Source: a virus | Strand: one strand, 5' to 3' | Virus record (IMG/VR): IMGVR_UViG_3300007639_000002 | Location: 15,144 to 79,143 of that record | DNA: 64,000 bases | Shown: piece after piece, positions 38,592 to 47,247 of the stretch | How the letters are laid out: every line of letters begins with the position of its first letter | How positions within the stretch are numbered: the stretch's first letter is position 1 | Notes under the pieces: model-generated | Told to the model about the DNA's origin: nothing | Database searches by the model: none | What the model saw: the letters and a program-made list of their open reading frames with translations, nothing else | Program-made: the position numbers and the translations under genes

Positions 38592-38873
38592 TTACCATAC
38601 TGGTGGTGCTAGGTCAGGATTCCTGAGAGAAGAGGTATTTGGGATTACGTCACAGTTCATTAAATAAATGGCGTTGCTGAGTAGTGATGAAAGTTCATCT
38701 TCATTGTCAATGTACTCCCCGTCACCAAGATAAGCAACAGACCATTCATGTGTGTCGTTGTGCTGTACTGTGCCGTCAGAGAAATGCTCTTCCTCAGCGT
38801 TAGTATCCCATTCCCACTTGTTGGTGGATGAATCGTATGAGACTATGAAATAGTGTGTATGGTTTCCGTTCAT
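38592..38873 (-). CDS. Acidic hypothetical protein
   Basis: Start at MNGNH (ATGA coupling, GAGG SD). Confidence 0.55.
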   Translation of the reverse strand: MNGNHTHYFIVSYDSSTNKWEWDTNAEEEHFSDGTVQHNDTHEWSVAYLGDGEYIDNEDELSSLLSNAIYLMNCDVIPNTSSLRNPDLAPPVW

Positions 38874-39031
38874 TGTGTTACTTCCTCTATGTCTGTTGTG
38901 TTCCATGTTTCTTGCTCGTCTACACACCATGACTCGTTGCTGTCAAAGAGTTGTTTAGCCTGTTCAATGCTGTCGGCATCTACTTCGTGGCGGTAGTGAG
39001 TTACTTTTTCGTATGTGAGTGTGTACTTCAT
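38870..39031 (-). CDS. DpnD/PcfM-like small protein
   Basis: MKYTLTYEKV...EVDADSIEQA. Confidence 0.45.
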   Translation of the reverse strand: MKYTLTYEKVTHYRHEVDADSIEQAKQLFDSNESWCVDEQETWNTTDIEEVTQ

Positions 39032-39222
39032 GCTGGTTCTTCCTCTTCTACATCTTCTACATCCCATGGAGTGTTCCACTCACGAAAGCCCCACATATCT
39101 TTTGACTCTAAATCGTCATCTGTGAACTTATCGTAAGCCTCTAGCGCACCCTCTTCTGAGTCTGCTTTAATTTCGTAGCAGTGGCTAATTACTTCATCTA
39201 CACGTACTAAATAAGTTTTCAT
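39028..39222 (-). CDS. DpnD/PcfM-like small protein
   Basis: MKTYLVRVDEV...EIKADSEEGA. Confidence 0.5.
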   Translation of the reverse strand: MKTYLVRVDEVISHCYEIKADSEEGALEAYDKFTDDDLESKDMWGFREWNTPWDVEDVEEEEPA

Positions 39223-39282
39223 GTTGTTCCTTTCGTTGTCGTTATTTACAACTTACCATTAGAAGTGTGTTGGTCACGAATC

Positions 39283-39702
39283 CTACGTAGCGTCACTCAT
39301 GACGAATGCCGATACACAAGCCTGCTCGTACTCTTCTGCATTGCGTACCCCATAGAAGAAATGGTCACCAGCACCTGTAGTAATCTCTGCCCACGTCATC
39401 AGTGAGTCTGTTGTGATGTCTCCATTGTCTAGGATCACTGTTCCCCACATAGCGTCGGCAACAGACATGACGTACTCTTTAATGTTTTCAGCCATATCAA
39501 AATGATCTACGTAGTCAATACGCCACCTGCCTTCACAGGGGAACCCACTCTCTAGGTCTACTGGCTCATTCTCATTGGCAGGTATAAACCCCACAAGTGT
39601 AATGTCATCTACATTCTCCACCAGCATTGCTAGGCGGTCATACTTTTGGTTAGAGTCCGATGGCACTACGCACCTCTTCTTCGCAGGCTTCACGTGCTTC
39701 AA
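39283..39702 (-). CDS. Acidic hypothetical protein (start uncertain)
   Basis: TAG inside the repeat; 5' end overlaps the neighbouring gene. Confidence 0.55.
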   Translation of the reverse strand: MKHVKPAKKRCVVPSDSNQKYDRLAMLVENVDDITLVGFIPANENEPVDLESGFPCEGRWRIDYVDHFDMAENIKEYVMSVADAMWGTVILDNGDITTDSLMTWAEITTGAGDHFFYGVRNAEEYEQACVSAFVMSDAT

Positions 39703-40249
39703 TGTATGCGTTGTCTACACGCTCCCACATGGTGTCCATGTCAGTATCCTCAAAACTACCCTCTACCGTGATGTTCTCTGTGAACGAAGAATGCCATTGA
39801 CCGTCATGGTATGAACTAGCACCTGCAAAGCCCATGCCCTGCTCGTCATAAGACAAAACAAACTTAAAGTTTGGATACAACGTAGAGATATGCTCAAAAG
39901 CCTTTTCGGGTGGTGCCCATGCTGAGTTGAAGTAAAACGAACGGTAGCCGATGTCTTCGCCACCCATCTCAGTATCGTAATCACCCCACTTGGTTCCCCA
40001 GTTGTCACAACACCAGTCGTACCAATCCTTGTGACCGTACTTGGCGATGTTCGCCTCTTGTTGTATGCGATGCTCTTCTGCTTTATCTGCACCCATGAAG
40101 CCTGCCACTGTCTCGTATAGTTCTGTAGGGCAAGGGTAAAGAGAACGTATGATCTTTATACGCCCGTCTACTGTGATGTCTTCTACAAACTTCTGTAGTG
40201 CTAATTCGTTACCCCATACGTAGAGGTTATTACTGCAATCGTTAGGCAT
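39650..40249 (-). CDS. DUF1281/YubB ferredoxin-like protein
   Basis: MPN.C.N, WYDWCCDNWGTKW, F.SAWAPP, Y.E.GMGFAG. Confidence 0.75.
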   Translation of the reverse strand: MPNDCSNNLYVWGNELALQKFVEDITVDGRIKIIRSLYPCPTELYETVAGFMGADKAEEHRIQQEANIAKYGHKDWYDWCCDNWGTKWGDYDTEMGGEDIGYRSFYFNSAWAPPEKAFEHISTLYPNFKFVLSYDEQGMGFAGASSYHDGQWHSSFTENITVEGSFEDTDMDTMWERVDNAYIEAREACEEEVRSAIGL

Positions 40250-40583
40250 TTACTTTCCAATCTTCTATGATGCGGTTATTTTTCATGTCTTTTACAAGTA
40301 GGCGTACCCACTCAGACGTATTTGCAAATCCAACTTCTTCGCCGTCGTCGTACTCAACTGGGTACACGGTGACCATGATGTTTTCATCACCGAACTCATC
40401 GTTATAGTCCCATGCAAAAGTGTTGAAATCAAAAGCCAAATCCCCGATGATGATAGATTCCCATGCATCTTCGTCGCCAGTGAACTTACGGCGAGAACGG
40501 TGATTCTTCTTAAGTATCTTGTAAGCGTGTTTCATTAACGCTTTTTTATTTTGTTTAATGTCTTGAAGAGTTGATGTTTTCAT
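40242..40583 (-). CDS. Cassette ORF, hypothetical
   Basis: TAAGGT-N-ATG leaderless start. Confidence 0.6.
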   Translation of the reverse strand: MKTSTLQDIKQNKKALMKHAYKILKKNHRSRRKFTGDEDAWESIIIGDLAFDFNTFAWDYNDEFGDENIMVTVYPVEYDDGEEVGFANTSEWVRLLVKDMKNNRIIEDWKVNA

Positions 40584-40622
40584 ATATGCACCTTATCATT
40601 GAGAGTGGTTGAGTCACGAATC

Positions 40623-40829
40623 CTATTGCTGTTCAATAAGAAAAGATGGGCGTTCAATAGTTGAGTGAGTACCCTCTACGACTGTGATGCCGTAGTGAAC
40701 TTCACCCCAACCTAAAATGTCTGTAGGGTCATTGCCTAACAATGCTTCGTACACAAGGTCTTGTGCCTGCATTTCGTTCTTGGCTTTGACAAAGTATGTT
40801 CCTGTTGCTGTTACTGTGTAGTAGTTCAT
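40623..40829 (-). CDS. Cassette ORF, DpnD/PcfM-like
   Basis: MNYYTVT...VKAKNEMQA. Confidence 0.5.
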   Translation of the reverse strand: MNYYTVTATGTYFVKAKNEMQAQDLVYEALLGNDPTDILGWGEVHYGITVVEGTHSTIERPSFLIEQQ

Positions 40830-40858
40830 ACCGCCACTTTAACTCACGTGATGGCTGA

Positions 40859-40882
40859 GTCACGAATCCTAGGAATCGTGAC
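40859..40882. promoter_or_regulatory. Back-to-back divergent cassette promoters sharing CCTAGG
   Basis: gtcacgaatcCTAGgaatcgtgac, with a -10 box on each side. Confidence 0.85.
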
Positions 40883-40928
40883 TGAAGCAGGTAGAGTGCT
40901 AAGTTGTGTTTATGGAAAGGGACAACAC

Positions 40929-42818
40929 ATGAATGGTCTTACACCACGACAACAACGTGAAATACGTGAAGAACTAGACAAACGTCTTACGCCATTAGAA
41001 ATGGTGAACTGCGTTGATGACTGGATTACGTTGAACGAACTTGACAGGCTTACCTTTAGGGGAGCCTCTGAGTTACTTGACTATATCGCACGGTTGCCTG
41101 TAGAGAGGACTCCTGCGTTAGCGCACGTTCCATCTACCGCCACCAAGATCATCGTCAATAGCGCACGAGGGGTTTGTGCGTTATGTGACGAAATGGTAAC
41201 GGCTGGGCAGGGGCATAAAGCCTTTGTCAATGGGGCATGGAGTGTTTATCATGCCGTAGACGTTTGCCCTGCCGTTACCGTGACTCCTGTCGTTACATAT
41301 TCGTCGGGCTTGCGTAAGCAACTTGATGATTTTGTACAAACGTTAGACAAGACAGAGCCACCGATTCTCCCTGATGAATCATTATTTAATCTTTCTAATG
41401 CACACCAATTTGACATAGATTTTGATCTTGAATTACCGCTATTGGGGTACCAAAAGGCGGCGATTGAATATGCACGTCGTACTCACCGTACCCTTGTATG
41501 TCAAGACATGGGGTTGGGTAAAACGCCTATCGGCATTGCCCTGACTCATATTGCTCTTAATGAGGGTCACAAGGTGTTAGTGGTTGTACCGCCAAACCTT
41601 GTCTACCAATGGACATCGGAGTTCAAGAAGTTTGCTCCATGGATTAAGGTGGGCAGTGTACGTGGGCGTAAGGTCGGCAAGTTGCCCAAGACGGATGTAC
41701 TCATTATCGGGGACTCCATCGTTGAGGCATGGCAGAATGTCCTTGCGGAAAAGTACACCAGCATCATTGTTGATGAGGCACACCGCTTTAAGACTGAATC
41801 CAGCGGGCGTTCTAAGGCTCTGACTCGTATTGCATCGTTTGTTCCCAAGGATGGATACTGCGTTCTGCTATCGGGAACCATCATTCCTAACCGCCCATCG
41901 GAGTTCATATCGCCACTGCGTATCATTGGCAGGCTTGAGCCTGTATTCGGTACTAAGAAGCAGTTTCAGATTAGGTACTGCGATTATCAGATGGTCAATG
42001 GGTTTCCTGTGACGGGTGGAGCCAGCAACGTGACAGAGTTAAATACTTTGTTGCGTAGCACGTGCTACACACGTACCAAGAAAGTAGATGTACTAGATGA
42101 CCTGCCACCTAAGCGCAGGGCACAACTAGACGTAGAACTAACTGAGACATCCATGCGTAAGTACCGTAAGGCTGAGGAGGATTTCCTTGCCTTTGTGTAC
42201 GAGAACTATGGGAACGATGCTTTTCTCGCTGCATCCAAAGCACCTGTGATTACACAGATAAATAAACTCAGGCAACTACTGGGTGAGGCAAAGATAGATT
42301 CTGCAAAGGAGCACATACAGTCCTTACTGGACTCAGGTGAGCAGGTCATTGCCTTTGCGTACCACACCAATGTCCTGAAGACTCTCAAAGAGCATTTTGA
42401 GGATCAGGGCGTAGTGATGGTTGCCGGTGGTATGACCGCTGAGGCTAAAGACAAGGCTGTGCAGAAGTTCACTAGCGGTGAGGCACGACTGTTCTTAGGT
42501 CAGTACGAAGCAGCCTCAGTAGGTCTTAACCTACAGGTCGCCAGTCACGTGGTCATGGTTGAGATGCCATGGTCACCTGCTACTGGTTCACAGGCAGAAG
42601 ACAGGGCATGGCGTTACGGCAACAAGAATGCTGTAGTGGCATGGTGGCTCACTGCCATTGACCCCAATGCCCCCACCATTGACTCACGTATGTGGAGTCT
42701 CCTGAACGCAAAGGCAGAGACCATCTCAGCCTGTTTAGACGGGTGGGGAGAAGACATGAAGGCTGAAGCAGGTAGCATTACCGCCCTGCTACTTCAAGAC
42801 ATGATGAGTGCTTCGTAG
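40929..42818 (+). CDS. SNF2/HARP-like helicase
   Basis: DMGLGKT, DEAH, LLSGT, GLNLQ, QAEDRAWRYG; start MNGLT after SD GGAAAGGG. Confidence 0.85.
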   Translation: MNGLTPRQQREIREELDKRLTPLEMVNCVDDWITLNELDRLTFRGASELLDYIARLPVERTPALAHVPSTATKIIVNSARGVCALCDEMVTAGQGHKAFVNGAWSVYHAVDVCPAVTVTPVVTYSSGLRKQLDDFVQTLDKTEPPILPDESLFNLSNAHQFDIDFDLELPLLGYQKAAIEYARRTHRTLVCQDMGLGKTPIGIALTHIALNEGHKVLVVVPPNLVYQWTSEFKKFAPWIKVGSVRGRKVGKLPKTDVLIIGDSIVEAWQNVLAEKYTSIIVDEAHRFKTESSGRSKALTRIASFVPKDGYCVLLSGTIIPNRPSEFISPLRIIGRLEPVFGTKKQFQIRYCDYQMVNGFPVTGGASNVTELNTLLRSTCYTRTKKVDVLDDLPPKRRAQLDVELTETSMRKYRKAEEDFLAFVYENYGNDAFLAASKAPVITQINKLRQLLGEAKIDSAKEHIQSLLDSGEQVIAFAYHTNVLKTLKEHFEDQGVVMVAGGMTAEAKDKAVQKFTSGEARLFLGQYEAASVGLNLQVASHVVMVEMPWSPATGSQAEDRAWRYGNKNAVVAWWLTAIDPNAPTIDSRMWSLLNAKAETISACLDGWGEDMKAEAGSITALLLQDMMSAS

Positions 42819-42893
42819 GATTCGTGACTACGTACACCCCTGAGATAAAGTAACAATAAGAAAGAGGCAAAGCCTCTCAACCAAAGGAAACAC

Positions 42894-43925
42894 ATGAGCA
42901 AAGAAACGTTCAAGACATTAAACACAATGACGTTGATCGGCAACACCGACAAGCGCAACTCAAAGGCATGGCACTATCGTGCAGACCTACAAGGTGATGA
43001 GCCAAACCACTATGCAGGAGCAATCCCCGTAGAGGAAGTACGCCGTCGCTTGTTCAACTGGCAGGCTATTGAAGCACCAGTGTTCGTGGGCATCACAGAT
43101 GGAGACAATAAAGTAGTGCGCTACGTACAACAAAATGATCGCAAGGCAATTATGCGTAACGACAACAACCATGTAATGGGTGTGTTCAAGGACTCATACG
43201 CCATCCACCAATACGACGAATGGCTCATTGAGAACGTCAGCACCATCATTGACGATCACCAACTGGTCATTGACTCAGCCGGTGCTTTACGTGAGGGTGC
43301 TATTGCATGGGTAACCATTTCTATGCCCGACAACGTAGAAACGTCTGCTGGGTTCCCTGTTCGCCCATATCTCCTTGCCACCACCTCACATAACGGCACT
43401 ATTGCCACCACCTACAAGCAGGTGTACAACGCTCCAGTATGTGACAACACGCTGTTCGCAGGGTTGGCTGAAGACGGGGCACAGCACAAGACACGCCACA
43501 GTAAGCACAGCGTCAATCGCATCCAGTCAATCCGTGATGCTTTAGACATTGTGTTCACCATGACAGAAGACATCGTTGCTGAGATTGAGCGCCTGTCAAG
43601 TATTACGGTCAGTGACCGTGAGTGGGATGCCATTGTGAATCGCATTGTGCCAGTGGGTATCAGTGGTGAAGTAGCACAGTCTGCTATCTCTAAGATGGAG
43701 AATAAGCAAGAGGTAATTCGTAACATGTACCGCAACGACGCAATGGTGTCACCTTGGGCAGGCACTGCGCTGGGTGTGCTTCAGGCATTCAACACCTTCA
43801 ACCACCACGTGTCGGGTAACGACAAGACACGCTCTGAGCGCAACGCACTGAACGCCATCAACGGCAAGATTCAGCAGTCAGACATCAAAGTAATCCAAGC
43901 CATCAACGAATTGGTGTTGGTGTGA
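42894..43925 (+). CDS. DUF932 family phage/plasmid protein
   Basis: AWH, SAGAL..G...W, YLL.TTSHNG, VCDNTL, GTALG.LQA. Confidence 0.8.
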   Translation: MSKETFKTLNTMTLIGNTDKRNSKAWHYRADLQGDEPNHYAGAIPVEEVRRRLFNWQAIEAPVFVGITDGDNKVVRYVQQNDRKAIMRNDNNHVMGVFKDSYAIHQYDEWLIENVSTIIDDHQLVIDSAGALREGAIAWVTISMPDNVETSAGFPVRPYLLATTSHNGTIATTYKQVYNAPVCDNTLFAGLAEDGAQHKTRHSKHSVNRIQSIRDALDIVFTMTEDIVAEIERLSSITVSDREWDAIVNRIVPVGISGEVAQSAISKMENKQEVIRNMYRNDAMVSPWAGTALGVLQAFNTFNHHVSGNDKTRSERNALNAINGKIQQSDIKVIQAINELVLV

Positions 43926-43936
43926 CAGGTGCTGTA

Positions 43937-43979
43937 AAGGATGGGGGGTTCAGTCCTATGATTGAACTCCCCAGCCTTA
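43937..43979 (+). terminator. Hairpin after the DUF932 gene
   Basis: GGGGGGTTCAGTC-CTAT-GATTGAACTCCCC; no clear U tail. Confidence 0.35.
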
Positions 43980-43987
43980 AGCACGTA

Positions 43988-44269
43988 ATGGATTTGGACT
44001 GGCGTGAGCATTCTGCCTGTTCCACGGTATCTAAGAATGTGTTCTTTGACTACAACTCAGTGAGTCTCCTTAAGGTACAGAAGAAGGCATACGAGCGGGA
44101 GGCATTAGATACTTGTGCCAGTTGCCCTGTACACACCCAGTGTTACGAGTTCGCTGTTAAGAACAACGAGAAGTACGGAATATGGGCAGGCACATTCCCT
44201 GACCAACGCAAGGCACTGTACAAGATTTATAAAACTACAGGTGTTCTAGAAACTCTACAAGTTGTTTAG
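43988..44269 (+). CDS. whiB: WhiB family transcriptional regulator
   Basis: W...SAC, C..CPV...C, YGIWAG. Confidence 0.85.
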   Translation: MDLDWREHSACSTVSKNVFFDYNSVSLLKVQKKAYEREALDTCASCPVHTQCYEFAVKNNEKYGIWAGTFPDQRKALYKIYKTTGVLETLQVV

Positions 44270-45311
44270 TACCAACCCCGATATCCCTTTGCCATACTGC
44301 TTCTCTTAATGCAGAACCTTCAGCAGAACGGGTGTCGGGGTTTTTTAATGCCTTTAAATGCTTAATCCACTGGGTAGGTTTCTTTGCAATACGCCCCATG
44401 CCCCAGTCACTAGCCAGTTTTGAGTACGCAGAGAGATTTGAAGCAATCCATGGGATGCCCGCTGCGGAGTATTCAAGTAATTTAATATCACTCTTGGCGT
44501 GGTTAAAAGGAGCATCACGTAAAGGTGCAATGCCCACATCCATTGTCAATAATGCTGGATACAACTCAGGGTCTGAAGCAGGAATACGTAATACAGCGTC
44601 TTCAGGTAACAGCCATGCATCAGATACCAATGCATTGCCGTCATGGTAACCGCTGTGTTGTAGGCGAATGTCCCCGTTGTCATACAACGGTTTTATAATA
44701 CCCCTAAGTTGCTCTAGGTCATTAGAACGGTGACTGGTAGACCCAACCCAACCGACTATTGGAGTAGTGGTGTCTGAATGCTCTAACGGTGTGAACCTGC
44801 CAACGTCCACCGTGTTGGGGATGACCTCAATAGGGCAACGAACAAAGTTCTTGATGCGGTCTGCTAAATACTGTGTTGATACTGTGACTACATCACTAGC
44901 GTTTAATACCGACTTGTAGTGGTTGATATTTTCAGTCGGGTTGCTTTTAGGGTGTGACGACATGAAGGCGTGGTTGCTGGGGTCTAACCCCCAATACCAA
45001 TCGTCTAGGTCATTGACAACAATTTGCCCTGTTGCACGTGCTTTGTAGATATGGTCGGCAAGACCTTGGTGCATAAGACGTTGAATATAAACAACATCTA
45101 CGTCTACGTAGTACTGTTTATCATCCGTGATGTCAATAGAAAAATGATCCCTGTTCCACACCAGTGCGCCTGTGTAGGTCTCAAAGCCATGTTCAGACAG
45201 GCGATTTTGATATTGTCCTAGACGAACCCATCCTGCACCACCCCAATGGTTTTTACCATCGGTTGCTTTGCTAGGTGAGATCCTATCTCCGCTTGCTATC
45301 CCTACTATCAC
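44235..45311 (-). CDS. Glycosyltransferase (GT-B fold)
   Basis: DLDD, IVGWVGS, GIAPL...FN.AKS.IKLLEYSAAGIP. Confidence 0.8.
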   Translation of the reverse strand: MIVGIASGDRISPSKATDGKNHWGGAGWVRLGQYQNRLSEHGFETYTGALVWNRDHFSIDITDDKQYYVDVDVVYIQRLMHQGLADHIYKARATGQIVVNDLDDWYWGLDPSNHAFMSSHPKSNPTENINHYKSVLNASDVVTVSTQYLADRIKNFVRCPIEVIPNTVDVGRFTPLEHSDTTTPIVGWVGSTSHRSNDLEQLRGIIKPLYDNGDIRLQHSGYHDGNALVSDAWLLPEDAVLRIPASDPELYPALLTMDVGIAPLRDAPFNHAKSDIKLLEYSAAGIPWIASNLSAYSKLASDWGMGRIAKKPTQWIKHLKALKNPDTRSAEGSALREAVWQRDIGVGTKQLVEFLEHL

Positions 45312-45450
45312 GTTTCTCCAGTTCGTAAACCTTGTTGAGTCTCTTCTTACATTCGTGTGTTGGTGGCTCAGGAATCGTAACACCGATACCTACAGATACC
45401 CCACATACTGAACATTCATATTGTGTTATCTGTGTCATTGTTTTATCCTA

Positions 45451-46236
45451 CTAAAATCCCCAGTTACGCATAGGGTGAGAGTTACTGTCTATCATAAACT
45501 TACTAACCTTTAGGTTACAGTCTAGTGTCCGTAGTATGCCCGACTGTGGAGTTGCTCCACATAGTTCCTTTGTAACGCTGTACCAACTGCTATTGACCTG
45601 AAGTAACCCACTATCAAAGGTGTCCCACGCTTTGCAGGATACTAAGTACTTTTTAAACTCTTGTCGTTTGCAGTCCCATGCTGATTTACCATGCTTGTAG
45701 TTCCAGCCCACTGCTTTTACATCGCAACGGCTTTCACGCCAACTGACATATGACATGATGTCCACGGGTAATCCATACTTGCGGAAAGCGCTTTCATACT
45801 TAATGCACCTTTTGCTCTTGTCTAATGGCAGGCTAATCTTCTGTTTTTTATAGTGGACTGTGTACCACTTGTTGATGTATTTGGTGGGCACATCAGGCAA
45901 TATGGCGGTGCTAAGGCTGTTGGCAATAAGGTAGGCACGATGTGCTGACCACGTGCTTGTCCCATAGATACCATCAGTGGTTGTCTTAATGACCTGCTGC
46001 AAACGTCGTACTGAAGACCCACGATCATCAAAGTCATAAGACCGTTGAGCAATTTCAGTGGGGGTTGGGATGGTCTGAGGAGCCACTACAACGAGTGGTG
46101 CTCTACTCACACTCCTTACGGGCTGGGGTTCCCTTGTAGGTGTTACTCCTAAGAATGTTGTAACTGTCAAAACTCCGGCTGTAAGAGTGCGTAATATCAT
46201 CAGTCTCCAATGTCCGTACAATAAAAAAGCCTTCAT
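45451..46236 (-). CDS. Secreted PG-binding / lytic transglycosylase-like protein
   Basis: G.SVRRLQ...DGIYG PG-binding motif, RESRC, DSGLLQVNS. Confidence 0.6.
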   Translation of the reverse strand: MKAFLLYGHWRLMILRTLTAGVLTVTTFLGVTPTREPQPVRSVSRAPLVVVAPQTIPTPTEIAQRSYDFDDRGSSVRRLQQVIKTTTDGIYGTSTWSAHRAYLIANSLSTAILPDVPTKYINKWYTVHYKKQKISLPLDKSKRCIKYESAFRKYGLPVDIMSYVSWRESRCDVKAVGWNYKHGKSAWDCKRQEFKKYLVSCKAWDTFDSGLLQVNSSWYSVTKELCGATPQSGILRTLDCNLKVSKFMIDSNSHPMRNWGF

Positions 46237-46259
46237 AGGCTCATGGTGAGGTATGAAGG
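46222..46259 (-). terminator. Intrinsic terminator-like hairpin
   Basis: CCUUCAUA...UAUGAAGG followed by CUUUUUU on the minus strand. Confidence 0.45.
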
Positions 46260-46274
46260 AGTTACCCTAGTGTA

Positions 46275-46691
46275 CTAGTCTTTGCTTGACAAGAGACTGA
46301 AATGGATCATTTCCAAATCTTTAACTGGTTCTTCCCAAGATGGAATTGCATTCATGTTGATGTTTTCGTGTTGTTTCTCATGTGCCTCAAGGCACGAACG
46401 ACATTGGCACCCTTGTCGGTACCTTATCCATGAACCATGTGGCTTATGGGCTGATGCCGATGGCTTAAGCGCACTAAACACGGTACGTTCAAGTGGCGTA
46501 AGACCACCCCACATACCCCAGCGTTCGTCAATACCCGCATCTAAACAGTCTTGCCACACAGGGCATCGGTGACAAAGTTCACGACCCACGGAATAGTATT
46601 GTTCGGGTACTTTTGCTTCTAGTGGGGGGTACCAAAAGATGTTGTTACGTTTCTTACATAGGGCATCAGACATCCATTCATGTAACTGCAT
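46275..46691 (-). CDS. whiB: WhiB family regulator with C-terminal HG...GCxC motif
   Basis: ALC, CHRCPVWQDC, WGMWGG. Confidence 0.85.
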   Translation of the reverse strand: MQLHEWMSDALCKKRNNIFWYPPLEAKVPEQYYSVGRELCHRCPVWQDCLDAGIDERWGMWGGLTPLERTVFSALKPSASAHKPHGSWIRYRQGCQCRSCLEAHEKQHENINMNAIPSWEEPVKDLEMIHFSLLSSKD

Positions 46692-46924
46692 TAGTTGTCT
46701 GCTTTTCCTTCTCTTGCTACACGTAAAACAGTTTCAATGCTGTCTTGTAGTGTGCTTAGCATGCGGTCATAACGTTCGTTTAAAGCATTTAATTCTTTTT
46801 TAAGTTGAAAGTTCTCTTCTGTAAGAACCTCAACAAGGTCTAGTGAGGTGGCGTTGATGTACGCCTTGCTCATCTCCTCAAAATCCATTAAAGATATGTA
46901 CTCTCTATGCATTCCCAGCCACAA
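46691..46924 (-). CDS. Hypothetical coiled-coil protein
   Basis: 77 aa. Confidence 0.45.
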   Translation of the reverse strand: MWLGMHREYISLMDFEEMSKAYINATSLDLVEVLTEENFQLKKELNALNERYDRMLSTLQDSIETVLRVAREGKADN

Positions 46925-47247
46925 CCTGCGTAACCAACAATGTCAAGCCAGTGGTCACGTTTAGCAGGAGTCCATGACAGACGTGAAATCTTAAGGAGCA
47001 TCATCATTACCGCAACGTCATGTGGGTCAAGATAGATCTCTTCCAATGAACGTGCTTCCATTGCTCGTCGTAGGTACACCTGCCACAACTGAGCAGTCAT
47101 AGCAAAGTCGTCTACTGGGTCACCGTAATCATTGTTACGGTCACCGTTGATTAGTCGGGCTGCCTCATGAAGAAGTTTGGTTCTTGGGGGTAATTCTGAT
47201 TCCTGAATATCAGGTCTTTGTTCTTCTTCTTGTCGGGGTAAATCCAC
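46888..47247 (-). CDS. DUF6378-like protein
   Basis: GDR..DYG.P...F, DVA.MM.LLK..R, D...D..GY. Confidence 0.7.
   Translation of the reverse strand: MDLPRQEEEQRPDIQESELPPRTKLLHEAARLINGDRNNDYGDPVDDFAMTAQLWQVYLRRAMEARSLEEIYLDPHDVAVMMMLLKISRLSWTPAKRDHWLDIVGYAGCGWECIESTYL

Larger units (their letters stand above)
30011..42829. repeat. Dispersed promoter-cassette repeat, 33 copies, consensus TAGGAWTCGTSACY-N16-TANNNT-N6-start
   Basis: Plus-strand starts of minus-oriented copies: 30011, 30245, 30476, 30815, 31022, 31256, 31463, 31751, 32000, 32201, 32503, 32713, 32829, 32937, 33211, 33402, 33669, 34020, 34245, 34539, 34935, 35169, 35718, 36249, 36806, 37696, 38104, 38613, 39273, 40613, 40859. Plus-oriented copies at 40869 and 42816. 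Confidence 0.95.

Noticed and set aside
31011-40850. CACGTG in several promoter spacers as extra parS sites
   Set aside because: Only the 6 bp core matches; the flanking TGTT/AACA arms are absent.
40761-40928. N-terminal extension of the helicase in the ORF track
   Set aside because: It spans the divergent promoter and an opposite-strand gene; the SD-led ATG at 40929 fits better.
30011-42829. Repeat array as a CRISPR array
   Set aside because: The repeats are only about 14 bp, the spacing is irregular (roughly 100-1900 bp), the intervals are genes, and there is no cas operon.
30011-42829. Repeats as classical integron attC sites
   Set aside because: There are no RYYYAAC/GTTRRRY ends, no long imperfect palindrome and no IntI in the window. 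The fixed spacing to a -10 box points to promoters.
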